Part shown: one piece after another, positions 31,026 to 40,348 of the stretch
Layout of the letters: the number at the start of each line of letters is the position of its first letter
How positions within the stretch are numbered: position 1 is the first letter of the stretch
Origin: an uncultured delta proteobacterium
Lineage (GTDB): Bacteria; Desulfobacterota; Binatia; Binatales; Binataceae
Length of the DNA: 64,000 bases
Direction: 5' to 3'
NCBI GenBank assembly: GCA_963724765.1
Contig: CAVRVY010000001.1
Span: forward strand, 64,001 to 128,000
Translations under genes and position numbers: made by a program
Notes under the pieces: model-generated
The model's database searches: none
What the model was told of the DNA's origin: nothing
The model's input: the letters and a program-made list of their open reading frames with translations, nothing else

Positions 31026-31057
31026 CGCCTCCGTCGTTCCTAGGAACGACGGAGGCG
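31026..31057. repeat. Perfect 32-bp palindrome with no spacer
   Basis: CGCCTCCGTCGTTCCT|AGGAACGACGGAGGCG. Confidence 0.9.
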
Positions 31058-31208
31058 GCGTCGAGGAGGGCATCCATCCAAGGCACGATGCCTTAGCTTA
31101 GTGGCATGAATTTTGTGCCCGAACTTCCCTGGGATAGGGATGGGTCCCATCGCCCAAAACAGCGACAGCACCTTTGCTCGCGACGAACTTGAATAGGCGG
31201 TAGATCCC

Positions 31209-31523
31209 ATGAATCAAACTAAGTCGATAGAAGCGAAGGCCGCAATCCTGCGGCTGATGGTCGCGGCTGGTTGGCCGCAGAAGATCGGACTGAACGACAA
31301 GCAGCACTGCGCGCATAACCGCCTGAGTCTCGACACCCTTACGGTTCACACCTTCTGGACCAAGGGGCACGACCCGTTCATCTACGATCCGGCGCTCCAT
31401 GTCGTGACGCGGGGCAAAACCCGAGACGCGGCGCTAATCGCGATGGTCCATCAGCGCCAGGACCTAGCGCGCCGCGATTCTGGCCGCGCGGGCACCGTCC
31501 CTGCCGAAAATCCCGAGGTCTAG
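31209..31523 (+). CDS. Hypothetical protein
   Basis: 104-aa ORF co-oriented with its neighbours. Confidence 0.5.
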   Translation: MNQTKSIEAKAAILRLMVAAGWPQKIGLNDKQHCAHNRLSLDTLTVHTFWTKGHDPFIYDPALHVVTRGKTRDAALIAMVHQRQDLARRDSGRAGTVPAENPEV

Positions 31524-31565
31524 TCCGTCCCAGGGCGCCTGGGCGGCGTAGAGGAGGTAGATCAC

Positions 31566-32012
31566 ATGAATCTCACATTGGACGCGATCCTCTCGGACGG
31601 CCTCGACGCCGCCGGAGAACTCGAACCGCACGCGATGCTCGCGCTCGCCATGAAGCTACAGGGCGCCGCTTCGATCCTCTTCGCGCGCGCGGTCGCCGCG
31701 CTGGCATCCACGGCTGCGAGTGCGACTACGGAGCGCGCGCCCAAGCCCGACAACCGATTAATCTCGATCAAGGACGCAGCGTTACGCATCAACAAACATC
31801 GAAGCTGGCTGGATCGCCACGGCCGCCGACTCGGCATCATGATATGCGATCCGACGACTGGCCGTGCGCTGGGATGCTCGGAGGCGGCAATTCGGCGCTT
31901 CGTCGAAGGAGGCGCAACCAACGCCCCACCACCACCACGCGCACACGCATCGTTCGTGAGCGTTGATGAATTGCGCGCCCAGGAACGTGAAAGCAGAGCG
32001 AGGAGGCAGTGA
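31566..32012 (+). CDS. Excisionase-like HTH protein (module 1)
   Basis: GAGGAGG RBS; LISIKDAALRINKHRSWL HTH; same architecture as 44486-44887; directly precedes the integrase. Confidence 0.6.
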   Translation: MNLTLDAILSDGLDAAGELEPHAMLALAMKLQGAASILFARAVAALASTAASATTERAPKPDNRLISIKDAALRINKHRSWLDRHGRRLGIMICDPTTGRALGCSEAAIRRFVEGGATNAPPPPRAHASFVSVDELRAQERESRARRQ

Positions 32013-32013
32013 T

Positions 32014-33321
32014 ATGGACAGCGACGAGTTGGACATCGCGCAAGTTCGTGAGCTGCTCGACGCGCTCGGCGACAGCGGCCCGAGTGATCCGCGCTATCGC
32101 CTCATTCGCGCGTGGGTGCTCGCGCACCGTCGCAAGGCGCGCGCACTCTGGCAGCGAGGCGATATCTGGTGGACGCGAATCTGGGTGCCGCGCGAGCACC
32201 GCGAATGGCGCGAAAGCACCGGCATCAGAGTGTCGGATGATCCCAACGGGCGCAAAGCGATGATCGTGGCGCGGCAGCGCATGGTCGATGTCGATAAGGG
32301 GAAACCCACGCCCGACGCTCAAACGACATACGCAGATTTGCGCGAACTGATCCTTCGCGACTATGAACTCAACGGCAAGAAGCGTAAAGCACTCCTCACC
32401 CGCCTGCTTCACCTCGATCCCTACTTCCGCGATTACAAGGCCGCGCGCATCACTTCGGCCGTCTTTGATCGCTATGCTACTGAACGCCACAACGCGGGCG
32501 CCGCCAACGGCAGCATCAACCGCGAGCGCGACGTACTCAATCGCATGTTCGTCCTGGGCGTGCGCGCGGGATTGAGTATCGTCGCGCCCTACTTTACGCG
32601 ATTGAAGGAAGCGCCGCCTCATGCTGGGTTCTTTGAGGCTAAGGAATTCGCCGCCGTACTCGCGCACCTTCCCAATTATCTACAACCGCCGATGCAGACT
32701 GCCTACCTGACCGGCTGGCGCCTAAATGAAGTGCTGACCCGCAAACCCGAGCACGTCGATCTCAACGCTGGCCCTGGTTGGCTACGACTCGATCCCGGTG
32801 AAAGCAAGACCGGTAAGGCGCGTATGTTTCCTCTCGCCGGCGGTTTGCGCGATCTCGTCGTCGAGCAACTCCGCGTCAGCGCCGAGCGCGGATCACCGTG
32901 GCTATTCCCATCGCGGTTGGCGCTGCTGGGCTACGATGACGGGCGTGCGCTCACGGCGAATGTGCGCTTTTATCGCGCCTGGCATGATGCGTGTGAAAAG
33001 GCCGGAGTGAAAGGACGTATTCCGCACGACTTTCGCCGCACCGCCTACCGGAACCTCTTACGCGCCGGAATCCCCAAGCCTATAGCGATGGCCTGGATCG
33101 GGCACGAGACGGATGCGATGGCGAAGCGCTACGCGATCATGGATGAGGGATTATTTGGCGAGTTTTCGACGCGCCTGACGAACGCCTATGGCGCGCTACC
33201 CATCACAGAGAACGCGATGGAGATTGCGCCGGAGGGTGTCGCGCTAGAGGGCGTCGCGAAGCTGCCCGAACTTGTCTGCCATGACGATGGGTTCCCATCC
33301 ACGTCCCTGATAGGGCGGTAG
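32014..33321 (+). CDS. Tyrosine recombinase/integrase 1
   Basis: TGWRLNE (R), ESKTG (K), HDFRR (HxxR), IGH, KRY (Y): catalytic set appears intact. Confidence 0.92.
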   Translation: MDSDELDIAQVRELLDALGDSGPSDPRYRLIRAWVLAHRRKARALWQRGDIWWTRIWVPREHREWRESTGIRVSDDPNGRKAMIVARQRMVDVDKGKPTPDAQTTYADLRELILRDYELNGKKRKALLTRLLHLDPYFRDYKAARITSAVFDRYATERHNAGAANGSINRERDVLNRMFVLGVRAGLSIVAPYFTRLKEAPPHAGFFEAKEFAAVLAHLPNYLQPPMQTAYLTGWRLNEVLTRKPEHVDLNAGPGWLRLDPGESKTGKARMFPLAGGLRDLVVEQLRVSAERGSPWLFPSRLALLGYDDGRALTANVRFYRAWHDACEKAGVKGRIPHDFRRTAYRNLLRAGIPKPIAMAWIGHETDAMAKRYAIMDEGLFGEFSTRLTNAYGALPITENAMEIAPEGVALEGVAKLPELVCHDDGFPSTSLIGR

Positions 33322-33543
33322 GTTGTCGCAAAGGAAACGACCGCAACGGACACGATAACGCCCTGGGGTCATCAGTCGAAGCGCGCGGGAAAGTGGTCGC
33401 CGTTGGGGCCTCGCTAGCCATTTGTCGCGATTTACTATGATCGCGTCACAGTGTCGCAATCTACGGAAAATCTTTGTCGCGAGACGAATATAGTATTGGT
33501 CTGCTTTTTGTGCGTGGTAATTTAACCATGAGGTGATCGAGAA

Positions 33544-34017
33544 ATGGATAATCAAACAGAGTCCGGGAAAAGCCCGGCAGACTTGGCGATTGCGGAAGTG
33601 GCAGGGATAGTCCGGGCGTTGCCGGACGACCTGACGCTGGAACAGCTTCAGGGCATCGTAGCCACGGTGGCGGACGCATTCAGCGTTGACCTGGAAGAGA
33701 TTGACGGGTCAGTGCGCGAGGGCGCGGACGAAGCCGCGAAAGAAGCGGCAGCGGAATCCCTCACAGAAGCGGCTCGCGAAGAAACCGACAACGCATATCT
33801 CGCCTACATGCATGAGCACTCAGAAGCGGCCATCGAGGCCGCGCTTGAGCCCGTGCGCGAGAAAGCCCGCGCGGCGGCGGACGCTGCCTTCGAGGAAGAG
33901 CAGGAAGCGGATCAAAAGCGCTACGACGCGGCTTACGCGGAAGCATATCGCGACGCCTACCGCGCCGGGTTGCTTGAGGACGACAAGCTCAAGCTCAATC
34001 GCCTTCTACACCAATAG
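33544..34017 (+). CDS. Acidic Ala/Glu-rich helical protein
   Basis: GAGGTG RBS; 157 aa, coiled-coil-like. Confidence 0.65.
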   Translation: MDNQTESGKSPADLAIAEVAGIVRALPDDLTLEQLQGIVATVADAFSVDLEEIDGSVREGADEAAKEAAAESLTEAAREETDNAYLAYMHEHSEAAIEAALEPVREKARAAADAAFEEEQEADQKRYDAAYAEAYRDAYRAGLLEDDKLKLNRLLHQ

Positions 34018-34284
34018 GACTTTGGTTAGGAGACGATCCTGCGCGTGTCGATCGGCTTAAGGTTGTCAGATAACCTTTTTGCCCGCGTCCTGATGATCGA
34101 TGCTGGTTAGCCTTGGCCTTCGTCGCAAGCACTGTAGAGGCGAGGCGCTGTGTGCTCGCTCGTGCTCCCCTCCGGTCCGCACGGCTCGCCATAAGCGATG
34201 TGGCGACACGAAGCGTGCGGAGCGTCGCGCGGGCGCTGAAGCACGGGGACTACCAACAGACTTGCGGAGCCACGGGGCGCCCCC

Positions 34285-35541
34285 TTAATTCGCGGACTTT
34301 TCCATTTGCTCGCAAGCGTCGCGCTCTTTGTCGCGTAGTCTGCGTAAATTCTCGATCCTCTCGGTCTTTTGCTCCGTGTCATACACGGCGTGAGTAGGAC
34401 GGCTTTCGGTCTCCGCTATTTCCGATGTCCATTTGCCCACGCCCGCCCAGCATTCCTTTAGCCGTTTGGCCCACAGCCCCTCTGCATGCTCGCGCTCTTC
34501 GTGCAAGTCGAGCTGCTGTGCTCTCCGTTGAGTGTCCTGTTGAATCTGCCAGGCTTCAGCCGAGCCGGGTTTTTCGACTTCCGTAACTGCGAAGTGACGT
34601 TCAGCCAATTTCTGTCCGTCCAAATAGAACCTGATTGTGTAGGTGCCGGGTTGAAAGGCGCCGCCTGAGTTGCTGCCGACCTTGCCGCTAAAGGTCACGG
34701 TGTCCTGGTCAGCGTTCACCGTCTCGAAGTCATCGACACTCCCAAGTATCTGTCCTTGAGGTCCGTAAAAAGTGGCGTGGAGGCGGTAGCGTTTGATGTT
34801 GGAATCCGGAGGCGAGGTGTTCCTAAAAAAAGTCTGCCAGTTCACAAAGAGGAGCTTAAATACATCAAACGTGCTGGCTGGGGCCGAGAGTGGAAGCCCG
34901 TATCTCGTGGTGTTTTGAAGGACGATGTTCGATAGCGTCAACGATGCATGAGTATTTGGTATGGCTCTGGCTATTGTCGCAGGGAGGGCGCTCTTCTTAT
35001 GGGCAGCTAAAGACGCAGAAGCGGCGGGTGCAACGCACGCAATCTTCGAATCGCCGATAATCTTAGCCGGATGGTCGCGATCCAGCGCTACGGAGGCCAT
35101 ACCGGCGCCCTTGACCACGATCCACGGCAGTATGTTCACTTGGATATATGCTGGGGGACTGCCACTTGAACCGCTCAGTATTTCTAGCGGCCACTGAAAA
35201 GAAAACTCCTCCCCCGGCCACAGCACTGGCGCGGTCGGCGCAACCGGTATGCCCCGATGTGCCACAGCACTGTCTCTCTCCATAATGAAGGCATCGTTCT
35301 TTGTGTATCCCTTGACTGTAAGCTGGAACTTCTCGGGCAGCGGTTTTGACGTTGCGTTTGCGACCCCGATTTTTATGCCGTGAGCGCTGTCGCACTCTGC
35401 CTCGATAACGCGGAATGCCGGCGTTTCTGGATCACTCGGCCGTTTTTCGGGTTTCGCGACTAACGCGCGGCCGAAGAGCACGAGCGCAATGCCCGCTAAC
35501 AGTGCGCACGCGACAACAGCGCTCAGGGTTCTAGGGTTCAC
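34285..35541 (-). CDS. Membrane-anchored exported protein with beta-rich domains and C-terminal coiled coil
   Basis: N-terminal TM helix, PGTYTIRFYLDG Ig-like end; lower GC than flanks. Confidence 0.7.
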   Translation of the reverse strand: MNPRTLSAVVACALLAGIALVLFGRALVAKPEKRPSDPETPAFRVIEAECDSAHGIKIGVANATSKPLPEKFQLTVKGYTKNDAFIMERDSAVAHRGIPVAPTAPVLWPGEEFSFQWPLEILSGSSGSPPAYIQVNILPWIVVKGAGMASVALDRDHPAKIIGDSKIACVAPAASASLAAHKKSALPATIARAIPNTHASLTLSNIVLQNTTRYGLPLSAPASTFDVFKLLFVNWQTFFRNTSPPDSNIKRYRLHATFYGPQGQILGSVDDFETVNADQDTVTFSGKVGSNSGGAFQPGTYTIRFYLDGQKLAERHFAVTEVEKPGSAEAWQIQQDTQRRAQQLDLHEEREHAEGLWAKRLKECWAGVGKWTSEIAETESRPTHAVYDTEQKTERIENLRRLRDKERDACEQMEKSAN

Positions 35542-35558
35542 GCATGCTCCAACTCTCG

Positions 35559-36539
35559 CTAAGACGATGCGGTCTTCCTGCGCCGCCCACTTAGTATCTG
35601 CTGCTTACGGCGATTCGTGCACCTGTCCGAGCACGACCGTTGACTTGAATGGCGGGCATAAAAGTAACGTCCGCAGCGCGGGTTTCGGCACACCCGTATG
35701 CGCTGCAAACCCGCGTCGCCCAAGTCCTCGAAGATCATTTGCAGTGCCGCGTAAGCGTGATCGATCCAGCTTTCTCCCGGCCAGTCGGGCGCTTCGTCGT
35801 CTTCATCTTGTGTGACGCGATGCTCGTGGGCGGCTATGTGGATAGTCAGACCAATCCTGCGCAAGAAGCCATAGAGCTGCCAGGCGTCGGGTCTGTCGCT
35901 TGCGATGAACCATGCCAAGACCGGATGTTGGGGTCCGGCGTTGGGTTTTTCCGCCCGCGCTTTGAAAACTCTGAGCATGTCCGCGAATCCGACGCTTCGT
36001 GCGAAGTCCTCGTAAAACTGCGTGCGTTCGACGGCGCGCTCGGCGGTCTCGCAATCGGTCGGGCGATTATTCGCAACGTCGGAAGCAGACCAGCGGATTC
36101 CACGCTCACTCAATTCGGTTTTGACTCTAAGATAATTGCCCTCAAACGACGATAACCCATCGCGCCCGATCCAGTTTGCGGCTTCGATGAAAGCCTTGAG
36201 CGCCGCCAGCCGGTTGCGGCGCTGCGCTCCCGTAAGCGTAGTAAGCGCGTCGCCAGTTAGGCGTTCGTTTCTCTCGCGGGCGAGCTTGCGGATAAGCGAC
36301 TGGCTAAAGGGGCCACCAAACGCGTCGGGCCAGTGCAGGGCGATATAGGCCAGTCGGGTGATTGGTAATGGGATCGTGTCTTTTGCGGCGGCGCTCGCAA
36401 CCAGTCTCTCAAAGGCGTCGGGATCGTAGCTCGCCAATACCGCATCGCAGAAGTCCGTGGCGGCTTGGCTACCGGGTTCGAGGCTTTGTTGTTCGCTGAA
36501 GCTGGTAGTTGGGGTTGATTCGTGACGATTAGTCATCAT
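35559..36539 (-). CDS. CGNR-type zinc-finger protein
   Basis: C-terminal RVCRNPRCGRYFY...SCSDRC; divergent from the AlpA-like gene. Confidence 0.75.
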   Translation of the reverse strand: MMTNRHESTPTTSFSEQQSLEPGSQAATDFCDAVLASYDPDAFERLVASAAAKDTIPLPITRLAYIALHWPDAFGGPFSQSLIRKLARERNERLTGDALTTLTGAQRRNRLAALKAFIEAANWIGRDGLSSFEGNYLRVKTELSERGIRWSASDVANNRPTDCETAERAVERTQFYEDFARSVGFADMLRVFKARAEKPNAGPQHPVLAWFIASDRPDAWQLYGFLRRIGLTIHIAAHEHRVTQDEDDEAPDWPGESWIDHAYAALQMIFEDLGDAGLQRIRVCRNPRCGRYFYARHSSQRSCSDRCTNRRKQQILSGRRRKTASS

Positions 36540-36620
36540 TGTCTACCAACTACAATATAGCATGAGAGGCAGTGAAATGCGCAGTACACGCGAGGTCGGC
36601 AACATCGATAAGGAGCATCA

Positions 36621-36822
36621 GATGGGAGAGATTCTAGATACGAAACAAGCTGCGGTTTTCCTGGGTCTCCGCCCCGGCACGTTGGCGGTTTGGCGGATGG
36701 AAGGCCGTGGTCCGGGTTACGTGAAGCTCGGGAAGCGAGTTGTCTACCGGCGCGATGCGCTGGAGCGGTTCCAGGCGGCACACACGATCGACCCCGAACG
36801 CGACCCGCAGCATGCCGCCTAA
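36621..36822 (+). CDS. AlpA/HTH_17 excisionase-like regulator
   Basis: AAGGAG RBS; LDTKQAAVFLGLRPGTLAVWRMEGRGPGYVKLGKRVVY. Confidence 0.9.
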
Positions 36823-37202
36823 CATGAATGAATTTTCGGTAGAGGTGCGATGCCACGGCTGTGGCGGCCGTGGCGATCGCCGACAACATGGAGAACCAGC
36901 TACGTGGAGACCCCCACAATATCATCTTCATTTGACAGACCAATACCCGAAGCTGACGCCTCCACATCGCGTCGCTGGCAGATCGAGACACCCACTGGCC
37001 GCCTAGAAGTCCTCGCGGACGACTGCAACGTCGGTGAGGCCGGTGTTCTTCACTTCAGCGACTATGGGCCGCTCGGCGAAATGGACGGGCGGCGCATCGT
37101 CATATGCGTCATCGGCCCGGCGGGATGGACGCGCTTAATCCCACCACCATCCGCTTTCGACGATGACGATGACGACGCAGCGGCTTCAGCGAGCGCACGA
37201 TC

Positions 37203-37703
37203 ATGAGCACGACGAGCACGCCGACTATCGCGCGGCCATCCACATCGATCGCGATCGATGCTGAGTGGTTCGAGCGTCTCGGCCGCCGCTATTTCTACGC
37301 GCACCGCGCATTCCCGCAGACCATCGCGCGCAGCAACCGCCAAGTGTCACTCAAAGTAGCCGCGATTAACTTCGCGCACTTCCGCGACCAGGGCGGACCC
37401 AATCAAACCCCGTGTGACCGCTACGGCGTCGATGCTGAAGTGCCGGCGCTCTTTGAACGTGAATTCCTGCGCCGGGCGACGCCCTCATTGATTCTCGACA
37501 TGCTCGGTGAGATCGAAGCGCTGCACAATGTCGTTTTGGATTTGGACCCGGCTTTTTGCTGGGAACCCAATGTTCGCCGATTCATGAACAAGTTGCGGCG
37601 TCATCCAGATTGGACCGCCAGCCCGCGCGACGAAGAATGTGCACGAGACGAGAGCGCCGAGCGCGACGATAGGTTAACCGTGGGCGGCGACGCGCATGCT
37701 TAA
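37203..37703 (+). CDS. Hypothetical protein
   Basis: 166-aa ORF overlapping the helicase start. Confidence 0.6.
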   Translation: MSTTSTPTIARPSTSIAIDAEWFERLGRRYFYAHRAFPQTIARSNRQVSLKVAAINFAHFRDQGGPNQTPCDRYGVDAEVPALFEREFLRRATPSLILDMLGEIEALHNVVLDLDPAFCWEPNVRRFMNKLRRHPDWTASPRDEECARDESAERDDRLTVGGDAHA

Positions 37704-38955
37704 CATCGACGCCGACTCGACCCCCGCGAAAATTGGTGCGCGTGATCGTAGGCTGCCATTGAGCGTATCGAGCGCCTACACCAAAGCCACACTGCGCGAC
37801 CTCGCCAAGTTCGAAGGCCGCACACTCGATCCCTCGATCGTCCGCCGCGCCGAATTGGCGCACGATCCCGCAGTGCGTGATGGCGGCGATCCTGCCGTGA
37901 AAGCCGATTTAACCGCGCCACCACGCGCGCAACTCGAATCAGCCTCACCGCCGCCAGCACCATCCGCCTTCTCATTTACGCCGCTGCGCGATCTTCTCGC
38001 CGAACAACCGCAACCAGAAAAATGGCTATGGGACGGGATACTGAGCGAAGGCGGCCTCTCGCTTTTGGCCGGTAAACCGAAAGCGGGCAAGTCAGTATTG
38101 GTTCGCAACTTGGCCATGTGCATCGCGCGCGGTATTCCATTCTGCAACCGCCCGACGCGCAAAGGCCGTGTTGTCTACTTAGCCTTCGAGGAGAGCCGCA
38201 ACGCCATCCGCCGCCACTTCGAGCTTATGAATGCGGACGGCAGCGAGGAGATCGTGATCCACGTCGGCCCGAAGTTCGGCAGCGACGCCGATGATCCCGG
38301 TCGCCTACTGCTCAACATCGTAAGTACCTATCGCCCGGCGCTTATAGCCATCGACACATTCGCCAAGTTGTTTCGCATCCGAGACATCAACAAAGATTAC
38401 ACCGCAGTCTCAAAAGCACTCGAAATCCCGATGCATATCGGACGCGAGGGCAAGACGCACATCCTACTCACGCATCACGCGGGTAAAGGTGAAAACACCG
38501 AGCCCATCGATCAGATCATCGGTACGACCGCACTCGCGGGCGCCGTCGATACGATCCTCATCCTCGATCGCAGCCGCAACCTTGGCGGCGACGCTTCCGT
38601 TCTTACGTCCATTCAGCGCTACGGCGATGAACCCGATCCGCTATCTCTGATCCTCGATGAACGGACGGAAATTTTCGCTCCCAACGCCACCGACGCCGCC
38701 CAGACGCGAACACGCGAGGACGCGAAGATCGCCGAGATCGCCGCCTTCATTCGCGGCCACGCCAACCGCGCCACCGAGACGGAAATCCGCCAGTCTATTT
38801 CGGGCCGCGTCGAAACAATCCGCCGCCTCCTACGCCAAGCGGTAGCAACCGGGCGCATTCTCACGTCGGGCGGTGCCAAGAAGGGCGATCCCACGCTCTA
38901 TCGCCTCCCTGACACCTCACAACCCGAAACGCGGGAACAGAATAGAGAAAAGTAA
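37696..38955 (+). CDS. RepA/AAA_25-type replicative helicase
   Basis: WLWDGIL, GKPKAGKS, VVYLAFEE, IAIDT, LTHHAGK, IGTTALAGAVD; C-terminal winged-helix-like region. Confidence 0.88.
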   Translation: MLNIDADSTPAKIGARDRRLPLSVSSAYTKATLRDLAKFEGRTLDPSIVRRAELAHDPAVRDGGDPAVKADLTAPPRAQLESASPPPAPSAFSFTPLRDLLAEQPQPEKWLWDGILSEGGLSLLAGKPKAGKSVLVRNLAMCIARGIPFCNRPTRKGRVVYLAFEESRNAIRRHFELMNADGSEEIVIHVGPKFGSDADDPGRLLLNIVSTYRPALIAIDTFAKLFRIRDINKDYTAVSKALEIPMHIGREGKTHILLTHHAGKGENTEPIDQIIGTTALAGAVDTILILDRSRNLGGDASVLTSIQRYGDEPDPLSLILDERTEIFAPNATDAAQTRTREDAKIAEIAAFIRGHANRATETEIRQSISGRVETIRRLLRQAVATGRILTSGGAKKGDPTLYRLPDTSQPETREQNREK

Positions 38956-39143
38956 TAATAATGCTTATATTTACTACTCTTTATTCTGTTCCCATCACTC
39001 GGGAACAACATGGGAACAGCATGGAACAGGGAACAGCATCCGCTTTCTGTTCCCTCGTGTTCCCGTTCTGTTCCCACCTCGACGGGAACAGAATTAAGCC
39101 AATGAACATAAAGGATATTCGGCGTTTTTCGGATTCTGTTCCC
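38933..39143. repeat. Putative replication origin: ~11 GGAACA/TGTTCC iterons in both orientations around an AT-rich tract
   Basis: Copies near 38933, 38986, 39001, 39012, 39023, 39029, 39047, 39057, 39068, 39084 and 39136; AT-rich 38940-38985; directly at the helicase 3' end. Confidence 0.75.
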
Positions 39144-39203
39144 GATTTTTGGGTATGAGGTAGGGTTTCGCCGCTCCGACCCTCCAAAAAACGGTATAAG
39201 CGC

Positions 39204-39536
39204 TTGAAGACACAAGGAAAGTTTCTCGTTCCCCAAGAAAGCGATGTCTCTCCAGTATTCGTGATCGACGCCGGTAGCGATCCCGAAAGCCGTGCCGTCG
39301 CGTTCCAACTGCTCGCCGACCAGGCGAAAGGCGACATCCGACGCCTCGCCAACGGTAGGTGGGAGGCATCGATCCCCGTTCCGTCGCCCGACGGCAACGG
39401 CAACGAAATTCGTTGCTTCGCCCGCACGCGGCGCGATGTCGAATCGACCATCGATGACATCATCGCCATGCTCGTCGATTTCGGCGAGGACGGTACGATC
39501 CGCAACGCCGATGCGAAGAGCGAGGAGATCCAGTAA
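39204..39536 (+). CDS. Hypothetical protein
   Basis: 110-aa ORF in the co-oriented run; start uncertain. Confidence 0.5.
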   Translation: MKTQGKFLVPQESDVSPVFVIDAGSDPESRAVAFQLLADQAKGDIRRLANGRWEASIPVPSPDGNGNEIRCFARTRRDVESTIDDIIAMLVDFGEDGTIRNADAKSEEIQ

Positions 39537-39538
39537 CG

Positions 39539-39961
39539 ATGCCCACATTTGAATTCAGCGACGATCACTATCGCGCGCTCAGCGACTTGCTGCTCGGCAT
39601 CCGCGACGCCCGCCTCGCGTGGCAAGCCGCCAAAGGCAAGGTAGAGGAATGGGACAGCTTCGCTAGTGAAATTCGGCGCGGCGAGCGCGCCGGTGCTCCG
39701 TTGCACACGCTGATCGACGAGGCCGCGTCCTGGGCGTCGGGCTGGTGGCGCAGGGCAAACGCGCGTCTCTCAGCGCGCCCTTCTTTACGAAGTAATACGT
39801 TAGTTAGTAGTGATAGACTATATAAGCATCGAGGTGGTAATCCCAACTTGTCGTCGGACACGACAGGTTCGCCAGCCACATTGCCCGATCTTGGCATAAC
39901 CCGCGACCAATGCGCCTCCGTGCGAGCAACCATGAGCCACGCGATAGTGAGCGATAGCTAA
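39539..39961 (+). CDS. Hypothetical protein
   Basis: GAGGAG RBS; 140 aa; the 3' third is compositionally different. Confidence 0.5.
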   Translation: MPTFEFSDDHYRALSDLLLGIRDARLAWQAAKGKVEEWDSFASEIRRGERAGAPLHTLIDEAASWASGWWRRANARLSARPSLRSNTLVSSDRLYKHRGGNPNLSSDTTGSPATLPDLGITRDQCASVRATMSHAIVSDS

Positions 39962-40314
39962 TGAGAATGCGTAAAGCTGGATCATCATCGCCTCGCCCAT
40001 CGCGCGCTCCGGGCATCAGTCGATTCGGACGCTCCGGGCTCGACTCGCCGTCGTTTCACACCGGGAAAGTTACGGTATTGAAAGCCGACGCCGACAAGCC
40101 TCATCGCTGCAAGCGCTGCAATCGCTCGCCGCTCATCGGATCGCGCTGCGCAAGCTGCGGTTACGATAATCGCGCGTGTCAACTCGCGCGCAATCATCGC
40201 CGTCATCACCCGCGCCAGCTCGACAATATCCTGGGCGATGACCTCGACAACGCCGATGCGGGTTTGTTGGGCGATCTTGAAGATGACGACGCTACCGACG
40301 AGGGCGAACAATAG
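39961..40314 (+). CDS. Small zinc-ribbon protein with acidic tail
   Basis: CKRC...CASC and a D-rich C-terminus. Confidence 0.55.
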   Translation: MRMRKAGSSSPRPSRAPGISRFGRSGLDSPSFHTGKVTVLKADADKPHRCKRCNRSPLIGSRCASCGYDNRACQLARNHRRHHPRQLDNILGDDLDNADAGLLGDLEDDDATDEGEQ

Positions 40315-40348
40315 CCCGCATCGCGAATTGAAGGTGAGGTAATCAACA

